Shown: one piece after another, positions 19,272 through 27,431 of the stretch
Numbering within the stretch: position 1 is the first letter of the stretch
Layout: each line of letters begins with the position of its first letter
IMG/VR virus record: IMGVR_UViG_3300017917_002374
Coordinates: 124,001-188,000 of that record
Length of the DNA: 64,000 nt
Direction: 5' to 3' (one strand)
Notes under the pieces: generated by a model
The model's input: only the letters and a program-made list of their open reading frames with translations
Database searches by the model: none
Told to the model about the DNA's origin: nothing
Position numbers and translations under genes: made by a program

Positions 19272-19635
19272 AAAACCCACAGCAAAAAAAACTGCTACAA
19301 AAAAGACAGAACCCAAACTGCGTGTGGGTGCCAGTGCCAAGGACGCTGCTACAAAAAGAAACGAGCCATATATCAGTGTGCTTAATGTAGAGCTAGACCC
19401 AGACAATGTGCAAAATGGTGCATTTGAACTGGATTGGAATGATGTGTTTGTGGCCAAGCTGGTACGAGCAGGCTACAAAGGCAAAGACGATGCACAGATT
19501 GTGGATCAGTGGTTTCAGGACATTTGCCGAAACGTGCTCATGGAAAACTATGAGCAGTGGGCAGCCAATCAAACAGGCGAAAACAGAATTATAAATCGTC
19601 GTGATTTAGGCGACGGACGTACAGAGGTCAGCTAA
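19258..19635 (+). CDS. Hypothetical protein with Lys-rich N-terminal tail
   Basis: AAGGA RBS; AKKPTAKKTATKK. Confidence 0.75.
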   Translation: MATAKKPTAKKTATKKTEPKLRVGASAKDAATKRNEPYISVLNVELDPDNVQNGAFELDWNDVFVAKLVRAGYKGKDDAQIVDQWFQDICRNVLMENYEQWAANQTGENRIINRRDLGDGRTEVS

Positions 19636-20798
19636 TGACTCATACACTTCATACTCATATAACCACTGAAAACTTTGAGCAAGATGATTACAGAGTTTAT
19701 CTCACACGGGATCTTGAATGGACCACTCGTAATCATCCCATGCAAAAAACACCTATAGAGCTTGAGGGAGCATGGGGTGAACCAAATGCAAAATTTGATC
19801 CTGTGTTCATGCAACGACTGTGCGCATTTGCAAAAGATCATAAATTTTCTCTACCTCCTGATTCCATGTGGGGCAATTATTATCTGCATCATCAATCTTT
19901 TCTAGACATGCTCAAGCAGGATCAACTGGAATCAGCACATGATCTGTTGAATCTCATGCATCAATCAGTGCTAATGACCGGAATGTCACAAGGTGTTACC
20001 GAATTTGGTTACATCACAAGATATCCAGACACAGTTGGCACCATGCGATTGAAACGTCATTGGGATGTGTTTCTTGGTTTCATGGAATACTGCGGGGTGA
20101 TCAGTCCTCAAAATCATGAGCAAGGAGCCAGCTATGTGGCAACTCCTTTGAATGACATGTTGGATGCGTTGCCAGCAAATATTGTGGCACCACAATGGCA
20201 AGGTGGTCTTTGGTCACTTAAAACCAATAGAGGACTGTTTACAGACCGAGATCTTACTGCACTGTATCTTGCATATAAGATTAGAGAAAAAATGCCCGTG
20301 GAAGCATCTATAACCGAAATAGGCGGCGGTGCTGGATATCTAGGTTATTGGTTGCATGTTTTGGGTTATAGAAAAATTTGCATGGTAGACTTACCAAGCA
20401 TCATATGCTGTCAAGCCTATCAGTTGGCACAGAACATTGGTGCCCACGAAGTGTGTTTGCCAAACGAAGAATATCATGGTCAGGCTGTGAGATTTTTAAC
20501 TCCTGATCAATTTTATTCAAATGTTCACACAACAGATCTTGTGGTCAATTGCGACAGCATGCCAGAAATGGATGATGCCTCATTGCATGCATACTTGAAG
20601 TCTATAGCTCAATCAGCGAATTATTTTTACAGTATTAATCAAGAGTCTCGTGGCACGTATGGACCACAAAAACGAATGCAACATGTGGTACGCAGCGTGT
20701 TGAAAAAACAATACAGCACAAACTACACTCGTATAGATCGTAGTCTTTTTTGGTTACGCAATGGCTACACTGAAGAATGGTATTCTATAATCAAATGA
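19635..20798 (+). CDS. Putative sugar O-methyltransferase
   Basis: EIGGGAGYLG, VDLP, DLVVNCDSMPEM, FYSINQE. Confidence 0.65.
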   Translation: MTHTLHTHITTENFEQDDYRVYLTRDLEWTTRNHPMQKTPIELEGAWGEPNAKFDPVFMQRLCAFAKDHKFSLPPDSMWGNYYLHHQSFLDMLKQDQLESAHDLLNLMHQSVLMTGMSQGVTEFGYITRYPDTVGTMRLKRHWDVFLGFMEYCGVISPQNHEQGASYVATPLNDMLDALPANIVAPQWQGGLWSLKTNRGLFTDRDLTALYLAYKIREKMPVEASITEIGGGAGYLGYWLHVLGYRKICMVDLPSIICCQAYQLAQNIGAHEVCLPNEEYHGQAVRFLTPDQFYSNVHTTDLVVNCDSMPEMDDASLHAYLKSIAQSANYFYSINQESRGTYGPQKRMQHVVRSVLKKQYSTNYTRIDRSLFWLRNGYTEEWYSIIK

Positions 20799-21043
20799 AA
20801 AGTCTTGATCCGCCAGAATTTCTAACCTTTTGGGTGCTGTTCAGTCAAAGCAGCACCAATCTTTATTTTTCAACAACAGGTGCGCCGGTGAACCCTGGTA
20901 CCTCAGGTTTTGGAACTGGGTTCTATGCCACTCGGGACGAAGCAGAAAAAGCACGGACCTTTGCCATACTCAACGATAAAACGGATACCAAATTTCATAT
21001 TTTTGAACTAGAATTTCCAAATCCAGCCTACAAAGGTGGTTGA
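20795..21043 (+). CDS. Hypothetical protein
   Basis: ATGA-coupled ORF. Confidence 0.6.
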   Translation: MKSLDPPEFLTFWVLFSQSSTNLYFSTTGAPVNPGTSGFGTGFYATRDEAEKARTFAILNDKTDTKFHIFELEFPNPAYKGG

Positions 21044-21068
21044 CACGGGGTAAATAAAGTGCTATTAT
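21040..21068 (+). promoter_or_regulatory. sigma70 promoter with embedded TAAATA
   Basis: TTGACA-N17-TATTAT; TAAATA at 21051-21056. Confidence 0.82.
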
Positions 21069-21074
21069 TACTCC

Positions 21075-22064
21075 ATGAACTATTTGATCGTCGACACCGC
21101 TAACACATTCTTCCGCGCTCGCCATTCTGCTCACAGAGCTACTTCTCTTGAGGAAAAGGTGGGCTTTGCCATACATGTAACACTAGGCAGTATCTACAAG
21201 GCCTGGCGCGACCAACGTGCAGACCATGTGGTTATCTGTTTGGAGGGACGCAGCTGGCGCAAAGACTTTTACGAACCCTACAAGAAAAATCGTGCAGTGG
21301 CTCGTGCTGCTCTTACCGATGCAGAGCTAGAAGAAGATGCTGCGTTCTGGGCTGCCTTTGACGATTTAAAAACATTCTTTATTGAAAAAAGTAACTGCAC
21401 AGTTCTGCGTCATGAAAGTCTAGAAGCAGATGACCTTGTGGCAGGCTGGATACAGAGTCACCCACAGGACCATCATACTATTGTGAGTTCTGATACAGAC
21501 TTTTATCAACTGCTGGCAGATAATGTTAATCAGTACAACGGCATCAGCGACGAGCTTCATACCCTAAAAGGCATACTCAATAACAAAGGCAAATTGGTTG
21601 TTGACAAGAAGACCAAAGAGCCCAAGGTAATTCCTGATCCTAAATGGATCTTGTTTGAAAAGTGCATGCGTGGCGATCCTACTGATAATGTGTTTTCTGC
21701 ATTCCCTGGCGTGCGTACCAAGGGCAGCAAGAACAAGGTAGGTTTACAAGAAGCGTTTGCAGACATGGATCGCAAAGGTTTCAACTGGAACAATCTCATG
21801 CTACAACGTTGGATTGATCACAACGAAGTTGAGCATCGTGTGTTAGACGATTATGAACGTAATCGTGTTCTAGTGGATCTTACTGCACAGCCCGACCATG
21901 TGAAGGCCTGGATCGTTGAAACCATTACTGTAAATGCTGTGCCCAAAGATGTTGGACAAGTTGGCATGAAGTTCATGAAGTTTTGCGGGAAACATCAATT
22001 GGTAAAAATTGGTGAACAAGCCACAAGCTATGCAGAGTTTTTAGCAGCACCTTATCCCAAGTGA
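21075..22064 (+). CDS. rnh: T4 RNase H-like 5'-3' exonuclease (FEN family)
   Basis: LIVDTAN, SWRKDFYEPYKKNR, LEADDLVA, IVSSDTDFYQL, GDPTDNV. Confidence 0.9.
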   Translation: MNYLIVDTANTFFRARHSAHRATSLEEKVGFAIHVTLGSIYKAWRDQRADHVVICLEGRSWRKDFYEPYKKNRAVARAALTDAELEEDAAFWAAFDDLKTFFIEKSNCTVLRHESLEADDLVAGWIQSHPQDHHTIVSSDTDFYQLLADNVNQYNGISDELHTLKGILNNKGKLVVDKKTKEPKVIPDPKWILFEKCMRGDPTDNVFSAFPGVRTKGSKNKVGLQEAFADMDRKGFNWNNLMLQRWIDHNEVEHRVLDDYERNRVLVDLTAQPDHVKAWIVETITVNAVPKDVGQVGMKFMKFCGKHQLVKIGEQATSYAEFLAAPYPK

Positions 22065-22071
22065 GGAGACC

Positions 22072-22212
22072 ATGTTTAATCGTGATCTAGTAAACACTGT
22101 AAGAGAAATGCTAGAACGCAATTGGGACATTTATGATATGGCAACAAAGTTAAAGATGGATCCGCTTTTGGTAAGAGCCATAGTAGATTTTATAAACGGA
22201 ACACTAACATGA
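22072..22212 (+). CDS. Small hypothetical protein (46 aa)
   Basis: GAGGAG RBS; fills gap between coupled ORFs. Confidence 0.65.
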   Translation: MFNRDLVNTVREMLERNWDIYDMATKLKMDPLLVRAIVDFINGTLT

Positions 22213-22433
22213 ACAAAGAGCTGTTAAGAAAATTACAGTTACAGGCAGGTGGATCACACTATCCTGATATCAATCCGCAGATACAAGCAAAGTTCGCCGA
22301 GTTGATTGTTCAGGAATGTTTAGAACAGATTGACACAGTTCGCGATGGTTGTGACGAAGATGGCGAACATCAACAGGCATTGGGTGCTGATTGGGCCGGA
22401 CTAGCAGTGGCAAGACATTTTGGAATTGAATAA
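22209..22433 (+). CDS. Hypothetical protein (KFAELIVxEC family)
   Basis: Shares motif with 22549-22746. Confidence 0.7.
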   Translation: MNKELLRKLQLQAGGSHYPDINPQIQAKFAELIVQECLEQIDTVRDGCDEDGEHQQALGADWAGLAVARHFGIE

Positions 22434-22552
22434 TGACACCTGAATTTATTGAACGTGCCAAGCGAGATTATGCAGAAGAAAAGTCTGTGCTGGATTGGGA
22501 CAGTTATTTGGCAGGATATCTTGCCTGCCTTAAACGATTTGCGAGTAAATGA
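22433..22552 (+). CDS. Small hypothetical protein (39 aa)
   Basis: TAATG start, ATGA overlap with next ORF. Confidence 0.5.
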   Translation: MTPEFIERAKRDYAEEKSVLDWDSYLAGYLACLKRFASK

Positions 22553-22746
22553 TGAACGAACAAATTAAAGAATTAATGAAACAAGCTGGCACTGATTCCA
22601 GTGGTAAATGGATGGGAATGAATCATGCCGAAAAGTTTGCCGAGTTAATTGTGGCTGAGTGTATAAGACTTTGTGACCAAGTTGACTTAGCTGGTGCCGA
22701 TAATTGTATTGACAATATTAAAGACCATTTTGGAGTTAAAGAATGA
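22549..22746 (+). CDS. Hypothetical protein (KFAELIVxEC family)
   Basis: Paralog of 22209-22433. Confidence 0.7.
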   Translation: MMNEQIKELMKQAGTDSSGKWMGMNHAEKFAELIVAECIRLCDQVDLAGADNCIDNIKDHFGVKE

Positions 22747-22994
22747 CTGAAAAGAAACTGAACATACAATTTGCGCCTGGGTGTTTTGATCATTTTGAAG
22801 GTACTCAGGAAGAACTAGATGAGATGATAGCAGAGATCCAGGGCATATTTGAAAAGCTCACACCAGAAGAATTAGAAGCACAAAGTCGTCCGGTTTGCAT
22901 TGATGATCTACTTGATGACGATGACATTTCCGACGATGAGTTTGAACAGATGTTGAGTGCATTAGTAGGTAATAACGATCGTACATTGCAATGA
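22743..22994 (+). CDS. Acidic hypothetical protein
   Basis: Coupled ORF. Confidence 0.7.
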   Translation: MTEKKLNIQFAPGCFDHFEGTQEELDEMIAEIQGIFEKLTPEELEAQSRPVCIDDLLDDDDISDDEFEQMLSALVGNNDRTLQ

Positions 22995-23218
22995 ATATCA
23001 CTGCTCATAAAAGCGTTATTCGCAGTATCCGCGAAGGGGATGCAGATTTCATGTTGCACGACGGCATGATCATCAGTCCTCGCGCTCATTTTCAAATCAA
23101 AAATGATTGTCCTGCGCATGTCAAGAATAATATTTTATGGGCAATCAACAACGGTTATCTTACGTGTGTGGCCAATGTGAAAGATCATGAATTAATGTGG
23201 GATCAGTTACATGAGTAA
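22991..23218 (+). CDS. Hypothetical protein
   Basis: Coupled ORF. Confidence 0.65.
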   Translation: MNITAHKSVIRSIREGDADFMLHDGMIISPRAHFQIKNDCPAHVKNNILWAINNGYLTCVANVKDHELMWDQLHE

Positions 23219-23762
23219 ATTAAATTCCAGTCCTGATAGATATACCTTTCAGTTGAACAATTATGTGCAACGTATGACCGAAGCAGGACGACTGGATGAT
23301 CCTCATGTGCAACGCATGATCAAGTTTTATAAAGACTGGGCTATTCGTGCTGCCGAAGCAGAAGCAGATCCTGCATTTCAACAAAACAATCTTGAATGGG
23401 ATCTGCGTACCACAGACTGGGTCAGAGAAAAATGTCAAAGCGACAGTTATGCACAAAATCTTTATGCTGCCTTGTGCAACATGCGTTGGCAAAAACGTGA
23501 GGTAATTCCTATTCTAAAAGATGAATATTGGACCTGTACCTGGCGCAGTGCAGGAGGTATTGTGGCAGACATACAAGGCAGAGGCGACTATATTGATTGG
23601 TACTGCTCAGGTATACAAAATAATATAAGTCTAGACGAACGAGAAAATCAAGACTGGCATAACAATGGTTATGTGCCAGAAGGTACTGTGACTGAAGAAA
23701 TTGAAAATGACATGTATGTACTAGGCTGGATTCATAGCCCTTACCCGGAGGATGACCAATGA
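23211..23762 (+). CDS. Hypothetical protein
   Basis: 183 aa, YAQNLYAALCN...DYIDWYCSG. Confidence 0.75.
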   Translation: MSKLNSSPDRYTFQLNNYVQRMTEAGRLDDPHVQRMIKFYKDWAIRAAEAEADPAFQQNNLEWDLRTTDWVREKCQSDSYAQNLYAALCNMRWQKREVIPILKDEYWTCTWRSAGGIVADIQGRGDYIDWYCSGIQNNISLDERENQDWHNNGYVPEGTVTEEIENDMYVLGWIHSPYPEDDQ

Positions 23763-23944
23763 AAAGAAGTTTCATGATTGACATGTTGATCTTGCTAGTG
23801 GTGTTTGTGGCCAGTGTAGGACTGCTGTTTTTGATTCCACAGCCCACACATCAAGTGATCAATTGCAGTCTGGCAGAAATTTCACCAGACTTCACTCCAG
23901 AAATGCGCAAGCAATGTAGAATGATTAGAGGAACCAAACTATGA
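23759..23944 (+). CDS. Small membrane protein
   Basis: N-terminal TM helix, CSLAEISPDF motif. Confidence 0.6.
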   Translation: MKRSFMIDMLILLVVFVASVGLLFLIPQPTHQVINCSLAEISPDFTPEMRKQCRMIRGTKL

Positions 23945-24408
23945 CAGAACTCAAAGCACGACCAGTAGTTAAAAATAAATTCTGGATAGTTGAACGTGAC
24001 GGTGAAAAGATTGCCACTATCCAGGCAGTGGATGAAGGCGGATTCGTTTTTGTGGACAACGAACAACGACAACCATATGCCAACATCAAAAGCATTCGTA
24101 ACAAACTAAACATTGTTTTTGATCGTCCTGAAAAACAAAAATCCGAAGTAACCAACGAAGTGTATGGCTTTCCTGCATCTACCAAAACCTATAACTGTTT
24201 GTACGATGTAAGCAAACGTCTGCCTATCTATACCAAGAACTTAAAGAGCAAGAGTTACTATTGTGCAGGACACTATGCAATAAAATTTAACAACACTTGG
24301 ACCAAGGCCTATTGTCCAAAACTGATTACCTTGCAACGATATCAGTTTCTAGGCCCTTACAAAAGCAAATCTGAACTGGATCTTGCTGTGGAGAATGCCC
24401 ATGGATAA
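23941..24408 (+). CDS. Hypothetical protein
   Basis: GAGG RBS, 155 aa. Confidence 0.75.
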   Translation: MTELKARPVVKNKFWIVERDGEKIATIQAVDEGGFVFVDNEQRQPYANIKSIRNKLNIVFDRPEKQKSEVTNEVYGFPASTKTYNCLYDVSKRLPIYTKNLKSKSYYCAGHYAIKFNNTWTKAYCPKLITLQRYQFLGPYKSKSELDLAVENAHG

Positions 24409-24619
24409 TTTCACTCATCATGTGAGCATGTTTAATGACCGTGTGCGAGCCATGAATCAAACTCACAAAAACGAACTGCGACTAACCGCAGTGGAAGCAA
24501 ACAACCTACTATCAGATATTGTGGCTGTGCTAGCACAAGTGTCCAGCTTGAAACAACAGTTAGACTCTGCTAGTGAACAAGTGGTAGAAGTGGTCATGGA
24601 TGGCGGCGGATTTAAATAA
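24401..24619 (+). CDS. Hypothetical protein
   Basis: GGAG RBS, ATG 24401. Confidence 0.65.
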   Translation: MDNFTHHVSMFNDRVRAMNQTHKNELRLTAVEANNLLSDIVAVLAQVSSLKQQLDSASEQVVEVVMDGGGFK

Positions 24620-24664
24620 TATGCCCACTTTATATCATAAATAAACAACAAGCAGGAACAGGAT

Positions 24665-24952
24665 ATGTCAAGACCAAAACCAACAGTGTTGTTAGAGTAC
24701 GTGAACAAGAGCAACTTTAAAAGTGAGCAGGTGCTCAGCAGCGAAGGAATCTGGGCAGTGTTCTATGATGGCAAGCCTATCAATCTCAAGAATCAAAATA
24801 TCTTGATTTCCTATCCAGGACCCAAGTACAAAAAAGTCAGTTTCAGCAACCCAGGGCATGCTATCAATCTAGCCAAGAAACTCAACACTCTGTTTAAGAC
24901 AGACAAATTTAGTGTGGTGATATTAAAACAAGGTGACCAAATCTTCCCTTAA
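24665..24952 (+). CDS. Hypothetical protein
   Basis: Preceded by TAAATA (24638-24643) and AGGA. Confidence 0.75.
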   Translation: MSRPKPTVLLEYVNKSNFKSEQVLSSEGIWAVFYDGKPINLKNQNILISYPGPKYKKVSFSNPGHAINLAKKLNTLFKTDKFSVVILKQGDQIFP

Positions 24953-25283
24953 GCCAGGACGTCAGCGTGACCACGAACAAACGCTGTTTAGAGGGCCACG
25001 TCCACGACAGATTTGGCAAAACCCTACTAATCCTGACAGTTTAAGACTTACCACAGAAGCATACAGTGTGCTGACCAAATACGAATGTGTGCCCAGTTAT
25101 CCTTTTAAGTTTACAGAAAGCATGAGCAACCGAATGCTATTACAACTTGACAGATTGATGACTGCGCCTTACTATATAGGTAGTCGTAAACAGATTCAGC
25201 TGTTAGGCGAAGCAGATGCCATCATGCTCAGTTTGCATGCAAATGATCTAGCACGATATTTGAATAACTTAGCAGAAAGTTAA
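24933..25283 (+). CDS. Hypothetical protein
   Basis: GTG-start ORF overlapping previous gene. Confidence 0.6.
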   Translation: MTKSSLKPGRQRDHEQTLFRGPRPRQIWQNPTNPDSLRLTTEAYSVLTKYECVPSYPFKFTESMSNRMLLQLDRLMTAPYYIGSRKQIQLLGEADAIMLSLHANDLARYLNNLAES

Positions 25284-25306
25284 CAAAAAGCATTTTGCCA
25301 AAAGAG

Positions 25307-25335
25307 TTGACGACAGGACTAAATAAACGTACAAT
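25307..25335 (+). promoter_or_regulatory. sigma70 promoter with embedded TAAATA, heading tRNA region
   Basis: TTGACG-N17-TACAAT; TAAATA at 25320-25325. Confidence 0.85.
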
Positions 25336-25342
25336 AGATACT

Positions 25343-25459
25343 ATGATGAAACACACTATTCTATCCGCTCATTATCAATTGCCTAATGTACAGGCAAATT
25401 GCCCAACCTTTATGGTTTCAATTGAGCGTGATCTAATTAAAGGAATGGGGTCTCGGTAG
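25343..25459 (+). CDS. Leaderless 38-aa putative attenuator leader peptide
   Basis: ATG 8 nt after the -10 box. MMKHTILSAHYQLPNVQANCPTFMVSIERDLIKGMGSR. Last codons form the antiterminator 5' strand. Confidence 0.65.
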   Translation: MMKHTILSAHYQLPNVQANCPTFMVSIERDLIKGMGSR

Positions 25460-25484
25460 AATCTAAGCAACAGGATAATACCCA

Positions 25485-25519
25485 AGACCCCAGGATTAAA
25501 ACCCTGGGGTTTTGTTTTT
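25485..25519 (+). terminator. Intrinsic terminator (attenuator) overlapping an antiterminator
   Basis: AGACCCCAGG-loop-CCTGGGGTTT followed by TGTTTTT. The 5' arm can instead pair with TGGGGTCT at 25446-25453. Confidence 0.85.
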
Positions 25520-25531
25520 AGAAAGGAAGAA

Positions 25532-25696
25532 ATGACAACTGAACAAGAGATACTGTCGTTTCAAAAAAAGTTAGAAGAACGCGATTTTGTTTTAGACGAT
25601 GGATTGCTTGCTCAATTGATTGCAGGTAAAATGGAAAGAATGCGCAAGCAGTCAGAATTCATAAAACAATTGCAAGACATTAAGAAACGACGATAG
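25532..25696 (+). CDS. Small hypothetical protein (54 aa)
   Basis: AAGGA RBS; MTTEQEILSFQKKLEERDF. Confidence 0.65.
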   Translation: MTTEQEILSFQKKLEERDFVLDDGLLAQLIAGKMERMRKQSEFIKQLQDIKKRR

Positions 25697-25796
25697 TACA
25701 GTGTGATGCGGAACGAGGCTGCGGCAACACTATAACTTGCCAAACGGGCGGAGCTGAGGATGAAGCTGTGGCGATAACGCAGTGGTAAAATTCAGA

Positions 25797-25877
25797 ATGA
25801 TAAAGCACATTCAAACACATGATGGCGGCCGGCGCCATGGGCGCACGTTACGGTGGCCCAGGAATGTGTTTTATCAT
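25797..25877 (+). ncRNA. Small structured RNA (long closing stem, two internal hairpins)
   Basis: 16-bp stem ATGATAAAGCACATTC/GAATGTGTTTTATCAT enclosing ATGGCG/CGCCAT and GGGC..CAC/GTG..GCCC. Confidence 0.55.
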
Positions 25878-25950
25878 ACACTTTGGATGAACAGATAAAT
25901 CTGACTCCGAATCAGACAGACTCCTGGTTGACAACAGCCCCCCAGAGTGT
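25878..25950 (+). ncRNA. tRNA-like element with Arg(CCG) anticodon stem-loop
   Basis: 9-bp closing stem ACACTTTGG/CCAGAGTGT and TCTGA-CTCCGAA-TCAGA. D and T arms degenerate, no CCA. Confidence 0.45.
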
Positions 25951-25968
25951 TACACTAAATAGAGTTTT

Positions 25969-26050
25969 GCCCATGTGGTGGAATGGTAGACACGCTAGTC
26001 TTAGGAACTAGTGCGAGAGCGTGGGGGTTCGAGTCCCTCCATGGGCACCA
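25969..26050 (+). tRNA. tRNA-Leu(TAG)
   Basis: CTAGT-CTTAGGA-ACTAG, long variable arm, GTTCGA, CCA. Confidence 0.95.
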
Positions 26051-26062
26051 TTAAATACGTGT

Positions 26063-26308
26063 ATGAAAGAACTGCTTAAAAATCTGCCTCAGATTCTAGG
26101 TGCCTTGCCTGAGATAGTAAAGTACCTCAAGTACATTCCTATTCTTATGGTACTAGGTGGATTAGGTTATCTAGCATATTTTTACATGCAAAATCACAAA
26201 GATCCATATGTGTGTGTTAACAATCAGGTATTTGAACAGTTACGAGTGGATAGCGATATCTATATTTTCAAAGGTGAAACCTGTGTTGATGCAAAAGATT
26301 TGAAATAA
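26063..26308 (+). CDS. Small membrane protein within tRNA array
   Basis: ATG 5 nt after TAAATA; one TM helix. Confidence 0.65.
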   Translation: MKELLKNLPQILGALPEIVKYLKYIPILMVLGGLGYLAYFYMQNHKDPYVCVNNQVFEQLRVDSDIYIFKGETCVDAKDLK

Positions 26309-26310
26309 TT

Positions 26311-26386
26311 GGGGGTATAGCTCAGCTGGGAGAGCGGCGGCTTTGCAAGCCGTAGGTCGCAGGTTCGATCCCTGTTACCTCCACCA
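26311..26386 (+). tRNA. tRNA-Ala(TGC)
   Basis: Loop TTTGCAA, G3:U70, CCA. Confidence 0.95.
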
Positions 26387-26393
26387 AATAAAT

Positions 26394-26470
26394 CCGAGTG
26401 TAGCGCAGCCTGGTAGCGCATCTGCTTTGGGAGCAGAGGGTCGGGAGTTCGAACCTCTCCACTCGGACCA
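26394..26470 (+). tRNA. tRNA-Pro(TGG)
   Basis: TCTGC-TTTGGGA-GCAGA, CCA. Confidence 0.95.
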
Positions 26471-26477
26471 ATTCTAT

Positions 26478-26553
26478 TGGGGATTCGCCAAGTTGGTAAG
26501 GCATCGGATTTTGATTCCGACATTCGGTGGTTCGAGTCCATCATCCCCAGCCA
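26478..26553 (+). tRNA. tRNA-Gln(TTG)
   Basis: TCGGA-TTTTGAT-TCCGA, CCA. Confidence 0.95.
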
Positions 26554-26554
26554 T

Positions 26555-26631
26555 GCGACCGTAGCTCAGTTGGATAGAGTACTGGCTTGCGAAGTCAGTG
26601 GTCGGAGGTTCGAGTCCTTCCGGTCGCACCA
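26555..26631 (+). tRNA. tRNA-Arg(GCG)
   Basis: CTGGC-TTGCGAA-GTCAG, CCA. Confidence 0.93.
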
Positions 26632-26647
26632 GTTCAAGGAGATAACC

Positions 26648-26824
26648 ATGAAACCTATTACATTTGAAAATCGTGTAAGTCACGAGCGTGTGATCTGTGA
26701 TGACGTGCGGCAGGTTCAGACCATTGACGGCGTTGAGTTTCTACAGGTTAGACGTCAGAATGAGCAACGACATTTTTTAATGCGCAAAGACAGTTTGCAA
26801 AAAATTGTTGATAAAAAGAAATAA
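26648..26824 (+). CDS. Small hypothetical protein within tRNA array
   Basis: AAGGAG RBS; MKPITFENRV. Confidence 0.7.
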   Translation: MKPITFENRVSHERVICDDVRQVQTIDGVEFLQVRRQNEQRHFLMRKDSLQKIVDKKK

Positions 26825-26828
26825 CAGT

Positions 26829-26905
26829 GGTGTTGGTAGCTCAATTGGTAGAGTTCTGGATTGTGATTCCAGTGGTTGCGGGTTCAAGCCCCGTCCATCA
26901 CCCCA
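26829..26905 (+). tRNA. tRNA-His(GTG)
   Basis: CTGGA-TTGTGAT-TCCAG, G-1:C73, CCA. Confidence 0.93.
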
Positions 26906-26907
26906 AA

Positions 26908-26983
26908 GCCAACTTAGCTGATGTGGTCATAGCGGCGGTCTGAAGAACCGTGGAAAGACGTTCGATTCGTCTAGTTGGCACCA
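26908..26983 (+). tRNA. tRNA-Phe(GAA)
   Basis: GCGGT-CTGAAGA-ACCGT, CCA. Confidence 0.93.
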
Positions 26984-26984
26984 A

Positions 26985-27431
26985 TTAACCTTTGAATTCG
27001 CGCCAGGCGTTACAACAGCCGCGAGCATCAACTTTAGTATCTAGTTTGAAATCTTTGGGCAGCTTTTTGTTTAGGTCATCAAACAATGAACAGATCTTGG
27101 TGTCTGCGCCAAAGTACAAACAGTTTTCGCAACGCACTTGTCCTAGTACATAACCAGATGCTTTGGGATCAACTGGTCTTTCAATGAACTCTTGATCGTC
27201 CTTGGGCTCACCGTTGATATAGAGTGCGCAGCTGGCATTAGCCACAACCTTGAAGCTCTTAGGGTAAATGTTACAGCGTTCTTTTCCTGGCATAAAATGC
27301 AAACAGGTACCACATTGTGCATGTTGAGTCACACCAGGTGGCGGATCCATGTACAAAAATGCATCACGAGCAACTTTAGGTCCACTGTCCTTGGCTTCAG
27401 TGACAATTTGAATAAAATCTTTAAGATCCAT
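26985..27431 (-). CDS. Cys-rich protein with tandem HiPIP-like repeats
   Basis: Two CxxCxxF..C..[YF]..V.A..C repeats; ATG 4 nt after TAAATA on minus strand. Confidence 0.6.
   Translation of the reverse strand: MDLKDFIQIVTEAKDSGPKVARDAFLYMDPPPGVTQHAQCGTCLHFMPGKERCNIYPKSFKVVANASCALYINGEPKDDQEFIERPVDPKASGYVLGQVRCENCLYFGADTKICSLFDDLNKKLPKDFKLDTKVDARGCCNAWREFKG

Noticed and set aside
25758-25880. Hammerhead ribozyme (CTGAGGA followed by a TGAA/TTCA stem)
   Set aside because: The core continues GAAT rather than GAAA, and no stem I partner lies next to an NUH site.
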